From Methanobacterium sp. PtaU1.Bin097 (lineage in GTDB: Archaea > Methanobacteriota > Methanobacteria > Methanobacteriales > Methanobacteriaceae), in contig MVQY01000037.1 of NCBI GenBank assembly GCA_002067325.1, forward strand, positions 3,343 to 67,342: a stretch of DNA of 64,000 bases, given 5' to 3'. Both the position numbers and the translations under genes were made by a program. Of the stretch, positions 39,149 to 48,049 are shown piece after piece. The notes beneath the pieces were generated by a model. That model ran no database searches. It saw nothing but the letters and a program-made list of their open reading frames with translations, and was not told the DNA's origin. Every line of letters starts with the position of its first letter. Position 1 is the first letter of the stretch.

Positions 39149-39471
39149 TATTTCACCTCAAATAACAAATCTTATAAAAATGAAAGCATTCAATCACTTT
39201 TGTTATCTTAAATTAATTCCATCTAAATTTATACTTTCATTAAATTAAAACATAGTTACATTACAAGTTATTTAATTTTTTGATGGATAAACCTTAGTGA
39301 TGTTTGTACTGAATATATATGACTATACTTAAATATGTGTAAGATGAAATGAAATTAGTTATCTAGTAAATCAAAACTATTTTCAATATTAATTATATTT
39401 TTTTATTAATCAATTGAACGTTGAAATTTAAGAGGTAATAATCTAAATTTTCAAAGTAAAGGTGAGATAAA

Positions 39472-40482
39472 ATGAAAATCGGGATGTCACATGGGGCCGG
39501 CGGAGAAATCATGCAGGGCCTGATATCAGGAATCATACTGGAAAATATCAAAAATAAAAGTGTAAACGGTGGAATCGGATTAGAGGAACTGGACGACGGA
39601 GCCACCATCCCCCTGGATGAATATGAAATCGTAATAAGCACAGACAGCCATACCATCGATCCAATCTTCTTTCCTGGAGGAGATATAGGAAAAATATCCA
39701 TAGCTGGGACTGTAAATGACGTGTCAGTCATGGGCGCTAAGCCACTGGCCATAGCCAGTGCCATGATTATCAGCGAAGGTTTTTCCAGTGAAGACCTGGA
39801 GAAGATAGTGAAATCCATGGATGCAGTGGCTACTGAAGCAGGAGTAGCCATAGTAACCGGTGATACAAAGGTCATGGAGAAAGATAAACTGGACAAGATA
39901 ATAATAACCACCACGGGCATAGGAATCGCCCGAAAAGGAGAAATTAAAAGGGATTCAGACTTAAAGGTTGGCGATAAGGTAATCCTCACCGGGAGTGTGG
40001 GTGACCATGGGATATCCCTCATGTCCTTCCGGGAAGGGTTCGGATTTGATACAGACCTTAAATCCGATGTCGCCCCAGTATGGGGAATGGTTAAAGCCGC
40101 ACTGGAAATTGGGGGTGTCACCGCCATGAAGGACCCTACCCGGGGAGGTATTGCCAACGCCCTGAATGAACTGGCCTCTAAATCTGGAGTGGGAATGCTC
40201 ATCGACGAGGAAAAGATACCATTTAAAAAGGAAGTCAATGCTGCCTCTGAAATGCTGGGAATAGACCCTTATGAAGTTGCAAATGAAGGAAAGGTCATAT
40301 TGGGGGTAGAAAAAGAGAAAGCCCCGGAAATTTTAGAGGCCATTCGAAAGACCAAGTATGGAAAGGAAGCCCAGATAATTGGTGAGGTCACCGAGGATGA
40401 ACACGTGATTATGATAACCACCCTCGGGGGTAAAAGGATTCTGGAAGAGCCAATAGCTGATCCAGTGCCCAGGGTCTGTTAA
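39472..40482 (+). CDS. hypE: hydrogenase maturation protein HypE
   Basis: AIR-synthase-like fold (HGAGG, DDGA, TDSHT...), and the characteristic C-terminal PRVC cysteine tail. Confidence 0.92.
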   Translation: MKIGMSHGAGGEIMQGLISGIILENIKNKSVNGGIGLEELDDGATIPLDEYEIVISTDSHTIDPIFFPGGDIGKISIAGTVNDVSVMGAKPLAIASAMIISEGFSSEDLEKIVKSMDAVATEAGVAIVTGDTKVMEKDKLDKIIITTTGIGIARKGEIKRDSDLKVGDKVILTGSVGDHGISLMSFREGFGFDTDLKSDVAPVWGMVKAALEIGGVTAMKDPTRGGIANALNELASKSGVGMLIDEEKIPFKKEVNAASEMLGIDPYEVANEGKVILGVEKEKAPEILEAIRKTKYGKEAQIIGEVTEDEHVIMITTLGGKRILEEPIADPVPRVC

Positions 40483-40566
40483 ATAATTTAGTTTGGTTCA
40501 TTAAATACATTTATAAACTTATTTAAACATAAAATAGTATTAACAAATTGAGAAGGAGAGGATCCC

Positions 40567-41010
40567 ATGCCAGGTTTATGGGGAAAGCGATTTGTGGCTT
40601 TGATTATTGATGCTTTAATTATCACACTGTTATTATGGGTTATAGTAGCTGTTATTTATCCAGTGATTGTATTACTTAATCTACTTGTACTTTTTAATAT
40701 CTGGGTTCCACTTGCCGCAGTAGTGATCGTGGCCTATTTCACTTACTTTGAAGGTAAATACAGTACCACACCAGGAAAGAACGTTATGAAATTAAAAGTC
40801 AGGGCAATCAAGGGGGAAATAGGTTATAAAAAGACATTAATACGGAATTTATCCAAAATTTTATGGTTCCCACTAGTAGTGGATGTTATAGTGGGCTTTG
40901 CCATGGGAAAACCCAGGGAAAGATACTTGGATCGCTTGGCTAAAACAGAAGTGGTTAAAACAGAGGAAGTGGAAGATTCACAGAAAAATCTGGAACAATC
41001 CACAACTTAA
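40567..41010 (+). CDS. RDD-family membrane protein
   Basis: KRFVALIIDALIITLL start, 3 TM helices, conserved R..D..D spacing (RNLSKILWFPLVVD). Confidence 0.7.
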   Translation: MPGLWGKRFVALIIDALIITLLLWVIVAVIYPVIVLLNLLVLFNIWVPLAAVVIVAYFTYFEGKYSTTPGKNVMKLKVRAIKGEIGYKKTLIRNLSKILWFPLVVDVIVGFAMGKPRERYLDRLAKTEVVKTEEVEDSQKNLEQSTT

Positions 41011-41025
41011 TCTGATTTAGTTCTT

Positions 41026-41157
41026 AAAAAAAATTTTATTCTTTTTTAAATTTTTTTGGAGTTTGTAAAGTTATTGGATGTTGATTTTTTTCGTGTTTGT
41101 GTGTCCATTTTTTTATTTTAGGTTTAGGTAGTTGAGTATTCCTTTGTTGGTTGTGTA
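41026..41157 (+). repeat. copy A of a ~130-bp T/G-rich intergenic repeat
   Basis: Starts 16 nt after the RDD stop. About 90% identical by eye to 42893-43026 (shared core GGAGTTTGTAAAGTTAT...GGTTTAGGTAGTTGAGTATTC...TTGTTGGTT.TGTATCTTGTTTTT). Confidence 0.9.
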
Positions 41158-41469
41158 TCTTGTTTTTATTTTGTTCTGGGTCTGTTTGTCTGTAGTAATT
41201 TTCAATTTTGTTGGATGTTCGTTGTATATATGGGTTTTTCATATTGTGTGAGTCTTTCAAAGTCAGGAATTAATTCAGTGCAAAGCACTAAAACAAGATT
41301 TTCAATGCTATACAATAATATAAAATATCTACCACCAATTATAGGAAAATTCCTTCACAAACTAAGCAAAATATTCAATAAAACAATCAATCACATAGGC
41401 AATGACGATATACCCTCCACAAATGACAAAAAGAACGACACTAACGGTATAACACTACTAGGATACCTG

Positions 41470-41570
41470 AAAAAAAGGATACAAAACAGACCAAGGACTA
41501 AAAATGCATCTAAACTTCGCCGAATACCGATGGACACAAGAAACACCAAAAAAAACTAAAACAGCAACAT
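41470..41570 (-). repeat. copy C: diverged inverted copy of the same repeat
   Basis: The plus strand AAAAAAAGGATACAAAACAGACCAAGGACTAAAAATGCATCTAAAC...GATGGACACAAGAAACACCAAAAAAAAC aligns at roughly 65-70% by eye to the reverse complement of copy A. Confidence 0.6.
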
Positions 41571-41766
41571 TTTAGACAGAACCATGAAATATGCATTTTT
41601 ATGTATAACACCTAATTTATCCAATATTCTTTTATATCTTCGCCGACGTTATACCTTTTTTATATTCGAACTGTTAAATCTATATAACGAATATAAGTCT
41701 TTCTAAATGAACTTATTACAAAGGTTTATATGATATCCAACTAGACCATTTAGTATCTCATATATA

Positions 41767-41864
41767 TCATGAACATTCATGAAGGATTGATCAAAACACA
41801 GATTAAATTCAGAAATTTTTCAATTTTCAGTGAATGATCATGAAAAAATCGTTGAATGATCATA
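41767..41864. promoter_or_regulatory. cluster of TCATGA/TGATCA-core palindromes upstream of the Roadblock gene (candidate operator array)
   Basis: TCATGAA-CA-TTCATGA inverted repeat (41767-41782), TTGATCA (41787-41793), and TGAATGATCAT twice with ATGATCAT palindromes at 41834-41841 and 41856-41863 (22-bp phasing). Confidence 0.35.
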
Positions 41865-41939
41865 GGGGAAATAAGATAATCCGTCTATGACGCTAGACAC
41901 GGAAGGACAATAGTTTATTTGATTTTAGAGGTAGTTTAA

Positions 41940-42284
41940 ATGATAGATAGGGTGCTAAAAGACTTAGGTAGAATTCAAGGTGTGAATGGGTCTTTGGTTG
42001 TTGGAAAGGATGGTTTAATTATAGAAAAAGAAGTCACCTCCGATATAGACTCTGAACTTGTGGGAGCCATGTCTTCAGCTGTCTTCGGTACAGCCGAGAG
42101 ATCTACAGAAGAAATGAAACATGACCACCTTCAACAGGTTATGATAGAGGGTAACAAGGGTAAAACACTGATGATAGACTCCAAAGAGGCTATTTTAGTC
42201 GTAATAACCGATGTAAATATAAATCTCGGACTGATTCGATTGGAAATGAAAAGAAGTTCGGAACGAATAATCGATTTAATATAA
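41940..42284 (+). CDS. Roadblock/LC7 (MglB-like) domain protein
   Basis: 114 aa. ...[17 protein letters not shown]...[11 protein letters not shown]...LVVITD pattern is typical of Roadblock/LC7. GAGGT RBS. Confidence 0.8.
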   Translation: MIDRVLKDLGRIQGVNGSLVVGKDGLIIEKEVTSDIDSELVGAMSSAVFGTAERSTEEMKHDHLQQVMIEGNKGKTLMIDSKEAILVVITDVNINLGLIRLEMKRSSERIIDLI

Positions 42285-42295
42285 AGGTTGATCAA

Positions 42296-42874
42296 ATGCC
42301 AGAATACAAAAATTACGACGAGTATCTACAAAACATGGGGTTAATTTTGAAAGAGGGCGCCAGCGTACTATGTTTAAAACCAGAAACAAACGCTACCAGA
42401 CTGGGACCGTTCTGTGAAGAAAGAAAGAGTCTGGTATCTGCAAATTCCGTGGGTGCCATAAGATCTATCATCATTACAGGGAGTAAACAGTTTGGCATGG
42501 GGACCATGGGCTCCATACTCAGAATAGCAGGTGGTGAATTTTCATCTCTAAGAGCTAAACAAATGATGGATACAGGGAAAGTGGAGAAAGGAGATGTCCA
42601 AGGCTGGCTTGACATTGTAAAATTTGATTTTGGAAATTGGGGCTACGGCATCCTGACTGCCGAAAGCATTGAAGACGAAAAAATCACTATCAAAATCGAT
42701 GAATGCATGAGCTGTTCTGGAATGCCAATTTTAGGTAATCCCGTATGTTATTATGAAGGAGGACGAATTACCGGAGGTCTTTCAGAGATAACAGGCGAAA
42801 AATGGCAGTTTATAGAGGTGAACTGCTGGGCACTTGGAGATGATTTCTGTAGATTCGAACTAACCAAGATTTAA
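42296..42874 (+). CDS. V4R (4-vinyl reductase) domain protein
   Basis: The C-terminal half carries the V4R Cys pattern (IDECMSCSG...PVCYYEGGRITGGL...VNCWALGDDFCRFEL). Starts 11 nt after the Roadblock stop. Confidence 0.8.
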   Translation: MPEYKNYDEYLQNMGLILKEGASVLCLKPETNATRLGPFCEERKSLVSANSVGAIRSIIITGSKQFGMGTMGSILRIAGGEFSSLRAKQMMDTGKVEKGDVQGWLDIVKFDFGNWGYGILTAESIEDEKITIKIDECMSCSGMPILGNPVCYYEGGRITGGLSEITGEKWQFIEVNCWALGDDFCRFELTKI

Positions 42875-42892
42875 CTACGTGTTAAACTTCAA

Positions 42893-43026
42893 TTTATTTT
42901 TTTTAAATTTTTTGGAGTTTGTAAAGTTATGGGGTGTTGATTTTTTTTCGTGTTTTTTGTGTCTATTTTTTCATTTTTAGGTTTAGGTAGTTGAGTATTC
43001 TTTTGTTGGTTTTGTATCTTGTTTTT
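42893..43026 (+). repeat. copy B of the ~130-bp T/G-rich intergenic repeat
   Basis: Starts 19 nt after the V4R stop, in the same orientation as copy A. Lies in the convergent spacer with the minus-strand gene ending at 43068. Confidence 0.9.
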
Positions 43027-43067
43027 CAAGAAAAATGCCTCAACACCCAAAACTTTACACCCTCTAT

Positions 43068-43331
43068 TCATTCCACTATTCTAACTTCCTGCACCGATGG
43101 TTTGGCTATAACTCTAGCAATTATCAGGGTGGCTACCACTGCTATTATGGTTATCAAAATAGCGTATATTAACAATCCTGTAATACCGCTGTCTGCCTGG
43201 AAGTACTGGAGTATTATTGCCTTAATAGCTTCATTCCAGGCGAGTGCCGCTATTAATCCAAATGCTGTGGTCATCAAAGTGGCAATTGTTTGAGATACCT
43301 GACCTTTTATATCTTTTACATCCTCTTTCAT
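43068..43331 (-). CDS. small membrane protein (DUF5654-like)
   Basis: ATG 43331 (MKEDVKD...) with GGAGGT RBS 6 nt upstream. Two TM helices. Family name is from memory only. Confidence 0.6.
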   Translation of the reverse strand: MKEDVKDIKGQVSQTIATLMTTAFGLIAALAWNEAIKAIILQYFQADSGITGLLIYAILITIIAVVATLIIARVIAKPSVQEVRIVE

Positions 43332-43515
43332 CAGTTTACCTCCAATCAAACTATGTTACTATTCTATTAAAACTTATTAAAGTAATTTCACCTAAATTTC
43401 TCCTTGAATGGTTTAAATTCAATGAATTTGTTTAAAAAAATTAAAATAATAGGTTAATTAAAAAACATCAATTGACGAATTAAAAATAAAAACTAAAACT
43501 CCAATAAAGGATACC

Positions 43516-44178
43516 ATGAGAAATATAAAAAATTTTATCTCAACCAACATGTTCATGGGCGCTTCAACCAAACAGGGCCATGAAATTGCCACAAAAAGCA
43601 GAAAAATAGTGAAATCCCTGATAGATGATAAAACCAGGCACCTGAAACCGGAAGAGAGATCCATAGTGGAGAGGATAGTGCACTCCACAGCCGACCCAGA
43701 ATATGCGGAAATCACCAGGATGAGCCCGGATTTTGTAGATGAAAGCTTAAAATCAATCCAGGCCGGTAAGGACATATTGACCGATATAAACATGGTGAAA
43801 GTGGGTATAAATAAATATCCCGGTAAAGTCAGGTGCTACATCAACCATGAAAAGACCCTGGAAATTGCAAAAAGGGAAGGAATAACCCGGGCAGCCGCCG
43901 CCATGCAGGTCGCTGCAGAGGATGGATTCGACGGCATAGTGGCCATAGGAAACTCACCAACCGCCTTGCTCGAAGTCCTGGAGTTAACCCGGAAGGACCT
44001 GATGAAGGTAAAATCAGTAATAGGTGTCCCAGTAGGATTTGTAGGGGCTGCTGAGGCAAAAAAAGCACTGGATGAAACTGACATCCCTCATCTAATAACC
44101 GGGGGGCCTAAAGGCGGGACTCCCGTGGCGGTTGCGGCTGTAAATGCCCTGATCAATCTTGATAAAGCATCGAGATGA
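43516..44178 (+). CDS. cbiC: cobalt-precorrin-8 methylmutase
   Basis: IVHSTADPEYA motif, INMV...I, IGNSPTAL, GGPKGGTPVAVA; CbiC/CobH pattern. Confidence 0.88.
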   Translation: MRNIKNFISTNMFMGASTKQGHEIATKSRKIVKSLIDDKTRHLKPEERSIVERIVHSTADPEYAEITRMSPDFVDESLKSIQAGKDILTDINMVKVGINKYPGKVRCYINHEKTLEIAKREGITRAAAAMQVAAEDGFDGIVAIGNSPTALLEVLELTRKDLMKVKSVIGVPVGFVGAAEAKKALDETDIPHLITGGPKGGTPVAVAAVNALINLDKASR

Positions 44179-44273
44179 CTTGTTTTATTTAAAAAGGGGA
44201 TTTCATTGATTGATTTAAAATAGGGATTTATAAGGATAATTAAAAATTCTATGGATTTAAAGGAGAATACACC

Positions 44274-45527
44274 ATGAAATCAGAAGATCTATTTAACGAA
44301 GCTAAAAAATATCTACCTGGAGGGGTTGATTCCCCGGTAAGGGCCTTCAAACCCTACCCTTTCTTTGCTGAATGTGCTTCCAGCTCACATCTAAAGGACG
44401 TGGATGGTAAAGATTATATAGATTATTGTCTGGCCTACGGTCCCCTGGTTCTAGGACATTCCCACCCAGACATAGTTAAAGCAGTGGAAAAACAGCTTGA
44501 ACTGGGTACAGCCTACGGTGTGCCCACTCAGAATGAGATAGAATTAGCTAAGTTGGTTACTGGGAGGGTGCCCTGTGCCGACATGGTGAGATTTGTAAAT
44601 TCAGGTACAGAGGCCACCATGAGTGCTATAAGACTCGCGAGAGCCGTAACCGGCAGGAAGAAGATCGTTAAATTTGAAGGATCCTACCACGGAGCTCACG
44701 ATTACGTGCTGGTGAAATCCGGATCAGGGGCCATGGGGTTGCCTGATTCACCAGGAGTACCCGAGGAAACCACTAAAAATACCGTACTGATTCCATTTAA
44801 TGATACTGAGGCAGTGGAGGATTTGATCCGAGAAGAATGGGAGGAGATAGCTACCATTATCGTTGAACCGGTGATGGGCAACGTGGGCTGCATCCCACCA
44901 AGAGAGGGTTACCTTGAATTTTTACGCCAGATCACCAGTGAAAACGGCATCATACTCATCTTCGACGAGGTGATAACTGGTTTTAGACTGGCAGAGGGAG
45001 GTGCTCAGGAATATTACGGTGTAACACCCGATCTGGTAACTTTTGGGAAAATATTAGGTGGTGGATTCCCTATAGGGGCAATATCTGGAAAACGAGAGTA
45101 CATGGAGAAATTAGCCCCGCAGGGGGATGTTTACCAGGCAGGTACCTTTAATGGAAATCCTATATCAATTACAGCCGGTCTCACCACACTGGAACTTCTC
45201 GATAAAAACTTCTACACCCAGCTGGAGAAGAAAGGCCAGTACCTGCGAAAGGGTATTGGAGATATTTTAGAAGAACAGGATTTAGATTATAAGGTTGCTG
45301 GATTAAGCTCCATGTTCCAGATATACTTCACTGGTAAGGATGTGCACGATTACCAGGATGCAAAAACAGCCGATACTCAGAAGTTCGACAAATATTTCCA
45401 TGAACTCCTGGAAAAAGGGGTGTTTATTCCCCCATCCCAGTTTGAATGCTGCTTTATCTCCTTAAAACACTCTGAAGATGACTTAGAACATACCTTAGAG
45501 GCTGTTGGGGAAGCACTGAAGGGATAA
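44274..45527 (+). CDS. hemL: glutamate-1-semialdehyde 2,1-aminomutase
   Basis: [12 protein letters not shown] start, class-III aminotransferase motifs. PLP lysine context [11 protein letters not shown]. Confidence 0.95.
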   Translation: MKSEDLFNEAKKYLPGGVDSPVRAFKPYPFFAECASSSHLKDVDGKDYIDYCLAYGPLVLGHSHPDIVKAVEKQLELGTAYGVPTQNEIELAKLVTGRVPCADMVRFVNSGTEATMSAIRLARAVTGRKKIVKFEGSYHGAHDYVLVKSGSGAMGLPDSPGVPEETTKNTVLIPFNDTEAVEDLIREEWEEIATIIVEPVMGNVGCIPPREGYLEFLRQITSENGIILIFDEVITGFRLAEGGAQEYYGVTPDLVTFGKILGGGFPIGAISGKREYMEKLAPQGDVYQAGTFNGNPISITAGLTTLELLDKNFYTQLEKKGQYLRKGIGDILEEQDLDYKVAGLSSMFQIYFTGKDVHDYQDAKTADTQKFDKYFHELLEKGVFIPPSQFECCFISLKHSEDDLEHTLEAVGEALKG

Positions 45528-45595
45528 ATTTACCAAACTCCTTTTAAATTAATCTATTAAATTTCTTTTAAATCAATCAATGGAGTCCCCTTTTT

Positions 45596-45652
45596 AAATA
45601 AATAAAAACAGTAAAACCACGACTTTCAAATAAATAAAAACAGTAGAACCAC
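45596..45652. repeat. 2 x 25-nt direct repeat; one copy encodes the C-terminus and stop of the minus-strand gene, the other lies just downstream
   Basis: AAATAAATAAAAACAGTAAAACCAC (45596-45620) and AAATAAATAAAAACAGTAGAACCAC (45628-45652), period 32, one mismatch. Confidence 0.9.
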
Positions 45653-46204
45653 CACTACAACGATAACTACCAGAATAATAAATAAAGGAGTTTTTAAAAA
45701 ACCAGTAAATGTGAGTTTCTCACTCTCATATGCCTTGGTCCGCTGTTCTCTTACGATGGACATCAACCTATCTTCATTATCTGAGATATCATCCAGGAGT
45801 CTTTTCTGATTTTTGATATCAGCCTGCAGATTTCTTTCGTTTAAAACATCCCATACTGTCCATCTTTCCTCTTTGATCTCGTTGAGCAGTTCTTCCTGGA
45901 TATGTATATGTTTGGAAAGATTTTTAATTATGGCCTTTCTTTTTGCTGATTTACTCTTAAGCAAGGTCAGTAACTGCTCTATTTCTTCTGTATCGTCCAA
46001 TTCATCAAGCCCGGAATAATGATCAGAAGATTGGGTAGGTAGACTTTCAATGAATTCTAACTCCCATCCACATTCACATGAGACAAAATCATCCTTACTC
46101 TCACCATCCTGAAGACGGTAGTAACCCTGACATTTTCTACAATACAGATACCCATTAGATTCAAGTGGGAGTTGTTGTTTAGTAGCATCTTTAGGTGTGG
46201 TCAT
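45626..46204 (-). CDS. Zn-ribbon / coiled-coil / C-terminal TM (tail-anchored) protein, function unknown
   Basis: 192 aa. CRKC...CEC ribbon, long charged helix, C-terminal PLFIILVVIVVVVVLLFLFI anchor. Confidence 0.6.
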   Translation of the reverse strand: MTTPKDATKQQLPLESNGYLYCRKCQGYYRLQDGESKDDFVSCECGWELEFIESLPTQSSDHYSGLDELDDTEEIEQLLTLLKSKSAKRKAIIKNLSKHIHIQEELLNEIKEERWTVWDVLNERNLQADIKNQKRLLDDISDNEDRLMSIVREQRTKAYESEKLTFTGFLKTPLFIILVVIVVVVVLLFLFI

Positions 46205-46339
46205 TTTACAAACCTTATATATCGCTGTTAATGATTAGTAACTTATTGCCTATATATATTACCCTTTTTTTATTAGGTAAAATCATATATTAATAGAGAT
46301 CAAACTTGGCTCGGTTAAAAAGTTATGGAAGGGTATTAA

Positions 46340-47035
46340 ATGACGATAATTGCTGGTGTGGGGGGAAATAAAAATATAATAACCGCCTCACAGAGGGTAG
46401 ATTTCCCTGTGCAACTGGTGGATTCTCCAGAAGAATTTGTAGAGTCCATAATAGGTAATAAAGCTCAGGCCTATGTAAGGGGGTCCCTGGGTGCTTCCCA
46501 GATTATGGCTGGACTGAAAAACAGGTATAAGGAATTCTATCGTGCGTCTTTTATAGAAATTAAGGGGCATAAATTTTTCCTGGCACCAGTGGGCATCGAT
46601 GAAGGGGACCATCTGGAACAGAAACTGCAGATAATAAAGCTGGGGGCACGATTCCTGGAAAAAATTAATATTAAACCTAAAATAGCCATACTTTCCGGTG
46701 GCAGAGTCCAGGATCTTGGAAGAAGCCAGAAGATCGATAGATCCATTGCAGAGGGAGAGTTGTTAACAGAGATCACAAGGAATAAATATCCAGTTAAACA
46801 TCATCATATATTGATTGAAGAAGCAATTCATGATAATTCAAATTTTATACTGGCACCAGATGGTATCACCGGGAATTTAATATTCAGATCTCTTGTTTTA
46901 TCAGGATGTGGAGAAAGCCATGGCGCTGTAACCCTGGGAATGGACGTGATATTAATCGATACTTCACGATCCCTCACAGTGGAAGGTTATACCCGGGCGT
47001 TGAAATTCGCCAAATACCTGATGGATTCAGTGTGA
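46340..47035 (+). CDS. methanogenesis marker protein 4 (Mmp4/MtxX-like, phosphotransacetylase-like fold)
   Basis: 231 aa. ...AYVRGSL...[11 protein letters not shown]...IAILSGGR...[16 protein letters not shown]. Assignment is from memory of the marker family. Confidence 0.6.
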   Translation: MTIIAGVGGNKNIITASQRVDFPVQLVDSPEEFVESIIGNKAQAYVRGSLGASQIMAGLKNRYKEFYRASFIEIKGHKFFLAPVGIDEGDHLEQKLQIIKLGARFLEKINIKPKIAILSGGRVQDLGRSQKIDRSIAEGELLTEITRNKYPVKHHHILIEEAIHDNSNFILAPDGITGNLIFRSLVLSGCGESHGAVTLGMDVILIDTSRSLTVEGYTRALKFAKYLMDSV

Positions 47036-47095
47036 TGAGGTATTAGAATTGATGGAAGAGGAAAGTTGAAATTCGCCAAATACCTGATGGATTCA
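46999..47095. repeat. perfect 31-bp direct duplication of the 3' coding end of the MtxX-like gene, 66-bp period
   Basis: GTTGAAATTCGCCAAATACCTGATGGATTCA at 46999-47029 (codes ...[10 protein letters not shown]) and again at 47065-47095, downstream of the stop. Confidence 0.95.
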
Positions 47096-47281
47096 AAGAT
47101 TAATAACCTTAGAAATAAAATTTAGCAATTATTTGAAATGGAAAATAAGATTAAAAAGAAAAAAAGCACTGATTTAAGTAAATAATAGGTCAATAAGCAT
47201 CTTTTTTATATCTGATTATGATAGTTTATTTTTTATAGGATCACTTATAAATCTAAATATACTAAGATGCTGGGAGTAACA

Positions 47282-48049
47282 ATGTCACTTTTAAAACCAC
47301 TATATACAGTATACGAATGGTACATCTCTCGAAATCTCCGTACAGAAAACATGCCCAGACACGTAGCCCTAATAATGGACGGTAACAGAAGATACTCCAA
47401 AATACAGGGTGACATGGATTCAATTGAAGGTCACAAACGGGGAGTGGACACCCTGGAAAAGGTGCTGGACTGGTGTATTGATTTAGGGATAGAGATAGTC
47501 ACCGTATACGCATTTTCCATAGAAAACTTTAAAAGACCACCAGAGGAAGTAAAAGGTTTAATGGAACTATTCAAGTACAACTTCGCATCCATAGCCCAAA
47601 ATAAAAGGATCCATAAAAACGAAGTAAAGCTAAAGGCGGTGGGTAAACTGGAACTCTTACCGGATGATGTAAGAGAAGCCATAAGACATGCGGAAGAATC
47701 CACCAGCAAATACAATAAAAGACAGGTAAATATCGCTATAGGATACGACGGACGTTTAGAAATAGTCGATGCCATGCAGAAAATAGCAGATCAGGTTAAA
47801 GATGGTAAACTCGACCCAGAGGATATAGATGAAAAGGTTATAAATGAAAATCTATACACCGCCGGACTGGCGGACCCCAACCTGATCATAAGAACCAGTG
47901 GAGAAGAAAGACTCAGCGGATTCTTACTCTGGCAATCATCCTACAGTGAACTCTATTTCTGTGACAGTTTATGGCCACAACTCAGGAAAGTAGATTTCCT
48001 AAGGGCTTTAAGAGATTACCAACAGAGGGAAAGAAGGTTTGGGGTATAA
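47282..48049 (+). CDS. uppS: cis-prenyltransferase (undecaprenyl diphosphate synthase family)
   Basis: [51 protein letters not shown] signatures. ATG 47282 is preferred over 47267. Confidence 0.92.
   Translation: MSLLKPLYTVYEWYISRNLRTENMPRHVALIMDGNRRYSKIQGDMDSIEGHKRGVDTLEKVLDWCIDLGIEIVTVYAFSIENFKRPPEEVKGLMELFKYNFASIAQNKRIHKNEVKLKAVGKLELLPDDVREAIRHAEESTSKYNKRQVNIAIGYDGRLEIVDAMQKIADQVKDGKLDPEDIDEKVINENLYTAGLADPNLIIRTSGEERLSGFLLWQSSYSELYFCDSLWPQLRKVDFLRALRDYQQRERRFGV

Noticed and set aside
39393-40238. 281-aa ORF antisense to hypE, the longest non-annotated ORF in the track.
   Set aside because: It lies entirely inside the strongly supported hypE frame and has a Ser/Pro/Ile-rich low-complexity sequence with no RBS. 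It is typical of a shadow ORF opposite a GC-richer coding strand.
41215-41559. 114-aa plus-strand ORF, and the 74-aa and 60-aa minus-strand ORFs (41036-41260, 42889-43071), inside the repeat region.
   Set aside because: Their products are Lys/Asn/Thr/Gln-rich low complexity, dictated by the extreme T/G versus A/C strand skew of the repeat. No RBS is present, and the copies differ by indels. I treat them as non-coding repeat sequence, though the residual in-frame conservation is noted in a finding.
41011-41939. The 929-bp AT-rich gene-free region as a replication origin.
   Set aside because: There is no adjacent orc1/cdc6 gene, and I could not recognise origin-recognition-box repeats. The repeats present are better explained as a repeat family plus promoter elements.
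45626-45730. LTFTG followed by a hydrophobic C-terminus in the Zn-ribbon protein, as a possible sortase sorting signal.
   Set aside because: The protein has no N-terminal signal peptide and has a cytoplasmic-type Zn ribbon. There is no basic tail after the TM segment, and the motif lacks the Pro of LPXTG. It is more likely a tail-anchored protein.
47030-47095. C/D-box sRNA-like motifs (TGATGA at 47033-47038, CTGA at 47087-47090) between the 31-bp duplicates.
   Set aside because: There are no convincing internal D'/C' boxes and no terminal stem. CTGATGG is simply part of the duplicated coding sequence. The evidence is insufficient for an sRNA call.
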